Assembly (NCBI GenBank): GCA_963704165.1
Contig: CAVPHD010000012.1
Span: forward strand, 96,001 to 160,000
Direction of reading: 5' to 3'
From: an uncultured delta proteobacterium
Lineage (GTDB): Bacteria > Myxococcota_A > UBA9160 > SZUA-336
DNA length: 64,000 nt
Under the pieces are notes generated by a model that searched no databases, was not told where the DNA came from, and saw only the letters and a list, made by a program, of their open reading frames with translations. The position numbers were made by a program, and so were the translations under genes. Positions 60,462 to 64,000 of this stretch are shown in pieces; positions within the stretch are counted from its first letter, which is position 1; each line of letters starts with the position of its first letter.

Positions 60462-60611
60462 CTACTGAAGCGTGTAGACGAAGTTCCCTTCGGAGCCGAG
60501 GCTCGCGATCACGAGCAGTGCGAAGAAGGCGAAGACGATGATCAAGGGAAGCAACCAGAACTTCTTGCGTGCCTTGAGGAACTCCCAGACACCCGCTTCC
60601 GTGCTCCGCAT
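60462..60611 (-). CDS. DUF5989-like small membrane protein
   Basis: WEFLKARKKFWLLPLIIVFAFFALLVIASLGSEGNFVYTLQ; GGGAG RBS. Confidence 0.75.
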   Translation of the reverse strand: MRSTEAGVWEFLKARKKFWLLPLIIVFAFFALLVIASLGSEGNFVYTLQ

Positions 60612-60652
60612 TCGCGATCTCCCGAAGTGCCGCGGATCGTAGCTCCGCGCCG

Positions 60653-61927
60653 TCAGATGTGAAGGTCCTCCTTCACGAGCGCCTCGGGTCCCCGCAGGAA
60701 TCTCTCGCCCGCGAGCGCCGAGAGGTCGAGCGTGCGGAAGGCGCCGTCGCAGACGAGCTCGGCAACGCCGCGCCCGACCGCCCAGGACTGCATCACTCCA
60801 CGGCCCGTGAAGCTGTGTGCCTCGAGCGCGTTCGAGAAGCCGGGAAGTCGCCCGAGCACGCCGCTGCAGTCGGGCGTCACCGAGTAGAGCCCCGACCAAC
60901 CGCGCACGTGGTGACAGCGCTCGAAGGCCGAGGCGCGGTGCGCGAGCCTCGGCCACACCTCTCGTTCGAAGTACGCGTCCCCGTCGTAACGGAAGTCGTA
61001 TCCGGCGGGCTCGTCGGGGTTCGAGAAGCCCGCGAGCGTGTACGTTCCCTCCGGGTGGAAGTAGAGACCCGAGGCGTCGACGATCATGCCGGCGTCGTGG
61101 AGATCGACCCCCGGCGGGAGATCGCGCGCCCGCACGTCGACCATCGCGATCTGACGCCGCACCGGCACGGCCCAGTCGCGGACTCCGAGCCTGGCCGAGA
61201 GCAGCGGGCTCCAGGCGCCGAGCGCGTTCACGAAGATCTCGGGCCGAAGCGACGGGTGGTCGACGCTCGACTCGGGTGGAACACGGTGCTGTGTCAGAAT
61301 GCGGTGCACGAGTCCGCTCTCGTCGGCCGGATCGCCCTTCTCCACCTCGACGACGTGTACGCGCGCGATCCGACGCTGGCCGGGCTCGCGTTCGCCCACC
61401 TCGACCGCCTCGACGTAGTGACGGTTCAGGAATCGTGCGCCGCCTGCGGTGGCCCGCTCGCGGTACAGGCGCCGCACCGCGTTGGGGTTGACCAGACCGT
61501 CTCGCGGCGAGAAGGTCGCACCGACGATCTCATGCAGGTTGCGGTCGAGCAGGGGGAAGCGCCGCGAGATCTCGGGCAGGTCGAGCAGATCCACGCTCAC
61601 GCCGAGACGCTTCTGGAACTCGCTCCGCTCCCGCGCGCGCGCGAATCGCTCGACGTCGTCGTAGAGCCACAGGTAGCCGCGCTGTCGCAGCGAGACCTCG
61701 GCCGCATTCGCCTCGAAGAACGCGATCGTGTCCCGGCAGGACGCGACGTTCGGCTCCTGCCACCAGGTCGCGCGTGCCCCGCCTGCGTTCAGCTCCGAAG
61801 ACGCGTACAGACCCGCGAGGTCGAGATCGACCACACAGACGTCGCTCACCCCGCGTTCGACGAGCGCGCAGGCGATCGCCGAGCCGATGATTCCACCGCC
61901 CGCGATGAGCACTCCGACACGTTCCAC
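60653..61927 (-). CDS. FAD-dependent oxidoreductase (DAO/sarcosine oxidase beta-like)
   Basis: IAGGGIIGSAIA, SSELNAGG, VNALGAWS, GWSGLYSVTPD, FTGRGVMQS. Confidence 0.88.
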   Translation of the reverse strand: MERVGVLIAGGGIIGSAIACALVERGVSDVCVVDLDLAGLYASSELNAGGARATWWQEPNVASCRDTIAFFEANAAEVSLRQRGYLWLYDDVERFARARERSEFQKRLGVSVDLLDLPEISRRFPLLDRNLHEIVGATFSPRDGLVNPNAVRRLYRERATAGGARFLNRHYVEAVEVGEREPGQRRIARVHVVEVEKGDPADESGLVHRILTQHRVPPESSVDHPSLRPEIFVNALGAWSPLLSARLGVRDWAVPVRRQIAMVDVRARDLPPGVDLHDAGMIVDASGLYFHPEGTYTLAGFSNPDEPAGYDFRYDGDAYFEREVWPRLAHRASAFERCHHVRGWSGLYSVTPDCSGVLGRLPGFSNALEAHSFTGRGVMQSWAVGRGVAELVCDGAFRTLDLSALAGERFLRGPEALVKEDLHI

Positions 61928-61993
61928 GTTCTGCCTCCGGGGAAGACGATGGGAGTCGTTCGAGAGGGATCGATCCGAAGCGTAGGGGCTACA

Positions 61994-62476
61994 ATGACGC
62001 CGCGAAAGATGGAGTCATCGAACGCGCCGACCGGTGGGAGTGAGGGCGAGCTCGCGGCGCGTCCGGCCCGGCGCGTATTCGTCGAGAATCACGAGATCCC
62101 GTGGCTCGTGATCGGGACGGCGCGCGGCGATGCGGCCGCCTGCCGCCGCGTGCTCGGCGCGCGGCGCGGCGGGCGAGTCGGATTCGTTCTTGCGCTCACG
62201 GGACTCGCGCTGGCGGCTCCGAACCTGCGTGCGGCCTTCGTGTCGGCTCTCGTCCACGTCGTTCTGGCCCTGCTCGTCGGGATCGGAGCGCGAAGGCGAG
62301 GCGGGCAGACTACTCGAGAGGTGCAGCGGCTCGCGCTCTGGACCGTGCTGACACCACTTGGCGTCGCTGCGCTCGCGCGGCTCGCGGGATTCGGCTCGCT
62401 TCGGCTCTGCCTCGCCGCCGCGATCGTCGGTCAGATCCTGCTCGTCCGCGCGCTCCGCGTGACTCGCTCGGCCTGA
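61994..62476 (+). CDS. Hypothetical membrane protein
   Basis: About four hydrophobic segments; start at 61994 or 62009. Confidence 0.5.
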   Translation: MTPRKMESSNAPTGGSEGELAARPARRVFVENHEIPWLVIGTARGDAAACRRVLGARRGGRVGFVLALTGLALAAPNLRAAFVSALVHVVLALLVGIGARRRGGQTTREVQRLALWTVLTPLGVAALARLAGFGSLRLCLAAAIVGQILLVRALRVTRSA

Positions 62477-62480
62477 TCGA

Positions 62481-62813
62481 CTACTTCGAAGCGGGCGCGG
62501 CGGGCACTTCCTCGAGCTCCTCGGGAAGCACGCCGTCGGGAACGCCCGAGGGGCGCACGGACGGATCCGGGTGCCATTGACCCTCGAGCGGGTAGTTGTA
62601 GCCGCTCGTGTTCAAGACGATCGACCTGTTGTCGGGGTTGGCTCGCGGCACCTGCGGCTTCGCGGTCGCGGACCTCTTGATCACGACCGGCGCCGGACAC
62701 TGGCTCTGCGCCGCGGCACCGTCCGCACCCGAGTCCGCGTGACCGACGATCGCCACGCCGCCGGTCGTGAAGACCAGCGTCAGGGCGACGAGCGAGAGAC
62801 CGAGCCAACGCAT
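62481..62813 (-). CDS. Hypothetical secreted protein
   Basis: AGGAGG RBS; signal peptide; IVLNTSGYNY motif; Pro-rich tail. Confidence 0.6.
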   Translation of the reverse strand: MRWLGLSLVALTLVFTTGGVAIVGHADSGADGAAAQSQCPAPVVIKRSATAKPQVPRANPDNRSIVLNTSGYNYPLEGQWHPDPSVRPSGVPDGVLPEELEEVPAAPASK

Positions 62814-62883
62814 GCCCTCCTGGATCGGCGAAGTCCGTTTGCGACTTGAGCGCCACGGGCCGCGCGCGTACGTTGCGCGCTCG

Positions 62884-63615
62884 ATGCCCGCGAAGGAGAG
62901 CCCGCTCGAGCGCCTGGAACGCGAGATCCCCGCGTGCTCGGAGTGCCCGCGCCTCGCGGACTTCCTGGCCGATCTGCGCACGCGTCATCCCGAGTATTGG
63001 AATCGGCCGGTGCCCGGCTTCGGCGACCACTCCGCGACGCTCGCGATCGTCGGCCTCGCCCCGGGACTGCACGGTGCGAATCGCTCGGGCCGACCCTTCT
63101 TCCTCGACGCCTCGGGTGAATGGCTCTACGGAGAACTCGCACGTCGGCGGCTCTGGGACGGTGAGCGACTCGATGGTGTGTACATCGTGAACGCGGTGAA
63201 GTGCCTCCCGCCGGGAAACCGGCCGAGCTCCGACGAACAGACGCGCTGCCGGCCCTGGCTCGAGCGCGAACTCGGTTTGCTCGAACGCGTGCAGGTGGTG
63301 CTCGCGCTCGGCCGGATCGCGCACGAGGCCGTGCTTCGTAGCTGGCGCGTGCGTCCGCTCGCCCGCCATCCGTTCGCGCACGGACGCGTCGCGCGGGTGC
63401 CGGACCGGCCCACCCTCGTCTCGAGCTATCACCCCTCGAGACAGAACACGAACACGGGCGTGCTCACGCGCGCGATGTGGCGGGAGGTGTTCGCACGCGC
63501 GCTGCGAGTTGCCGCGAAGCGAAGAACGTCCACAGGATCACGGGCAGAATCCCCGCCGCGGCCGTCCGGTGCAGACCCTCGACGAAGCCGAGCGAGATCA
63601 GAAAGGGACGCGTGA
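62884..63615 (+). CDS. Uracil-DNA glycosylase, family 5 (UdgB-like, Fe-S)
   Basis: CSECPRL, YWNRPVPGFG, GLAPGLHGANRSGRPF, NAVKCLPPGNRP, SYHPSRQNTNTG. Confidence 0.9.
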   Translation: MPAKESPLERLEREIPACSECPRLADFLADLRTRHPEYWNRPVPGFGDHSATLAIVGLAPGLHGANRSGRPFFLDASGEWLYGELARRRLWDGERLDGVYIVNAVKCLPPGNRPSSDEQTRCRPWLERELGLLERVQVVLALGRIAHEAVLRSWRVRPLARHPFAHGRVARVPDRPTLVSSYHPSRQNTNTGVLTRAMWREVFARALRVAAKRRTSTGSRAESPPRPSGADPRRSRARSERDA

Positions 63616-64000
63616 CGGCGATGCCCCGGAGGGCTTCCCGTTCCCAACGTTCGACGTCGCTCATCAGCATCGCGACGCAGAGCAGGAAGACGAGCCCACC
63701 GCCGGCGAGCAACGCCACGCCGACATCGCGAGCACGGAGCCGTGGCGTCGCGAGCACGAGCGCGACGAAGAGGACGAGAACGAACGCGTGCTTGTGGTAC
63801 GGGCGCTCGAGCTTTCGCACGACCGCTCCGACGCGGAGATCGTAGACGTAGACGGAGGCGTCTCCCTTCCACTCGAAGCCGAGCGCGCGGGACTGCATCG
63901 CGCCTCCGGTGAGCGATGCGTTCGCAACGCGCGTCGCGCCCGACTCGATGAACGCGTAGACGGGCACGCTGGCGCAGAGCCAGACGAGCAGCCCGTAGAC
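63464..64000 (-). CDS. Membrane protein, 5'-truncated by window edge (exosortase-associated-like)
   Basis: Several TM segments including VLFVALVLATP; the frame continues to the window end. Confidence 0.5.
   Translation of the reverse strand, partial: VYGLLVWLCASVPVYAFIESGATRVANASLTGGAMQSRALGFEWKGDASVYVYDLRVGAVVRKLERPYHKHAFVLVLFVALVLATPRLRARDVGVALLAGGGLVFLLCVAMLMSDVERWEREALRGIAVTRPFLISLGFVEGLHRTAAAGILPVILWTFFASRQLAARVRTPPATSRA

Noticed and set aside
1..64000. Numerous long Arg/Ala-rich alternative-frame and antisense ORFs in the track
   Set aside because: Expected in very GC-rich DNA with few stops. They overlap genes with clear motifs and lack family signatures.
1..64000. tRNA, rRNA, IS elements, prophage or defence systems
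   Set aside because: Intergenic gaps are short with no cloverleaf or rRNA-like tracts, and no transposase, integrase, phage or nuclease-defence motifs were seen.

Overview
A GC-rich, gene-dense bacterial chromosomal segment of about 65 genes. Gene content suggests a Myxococcota/Deltaproteobacteria-like organism (inference). It holds housekeeping genes (rlmI-like, fabH, hflX, glmU-glmS-uvrD/pcrA, hpt, rluA-family, family-5 UDG) and many catabolic and lipid enzymes: three luciferase-like F420-type oxidoreductases, a xanthine-dehydrogenase-family Mo-hydroxylase operon with MoaD, WS/DGAT, a sulfatase, GH172, gcdH-like and S1P-lyase-like genes. There is also an ECF16/NrsF sigma/anti-sigma pair and several uncharacterised envelope modules. 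I found no rRNA, tRNA, CRISPR array or mobile element. The most notable items are: (1) a 69-aa bacterial histone-fold protein with a Lys/Ala-rich N-terminal tail, transcribed on its own (59282-59491); (2) a lipoprotein paired with a papain-like His/Cys exported protein; (3) a DUF2092 / low-complexity secreted protein / split-HTTM four-gene operon; (4) hflX apparently starting at a non-canonical ATC; (5) a 14-bp hairpin burying the gcdH Shine-Dalgarno; (6) widespread leaderless promoter architecture. Many frameshifts between 13-20 kb and 40-50 kb look like single-base insertion errors in the assembly rather than biology. All family assignments come from recognising motifs by eye, not from database searches.
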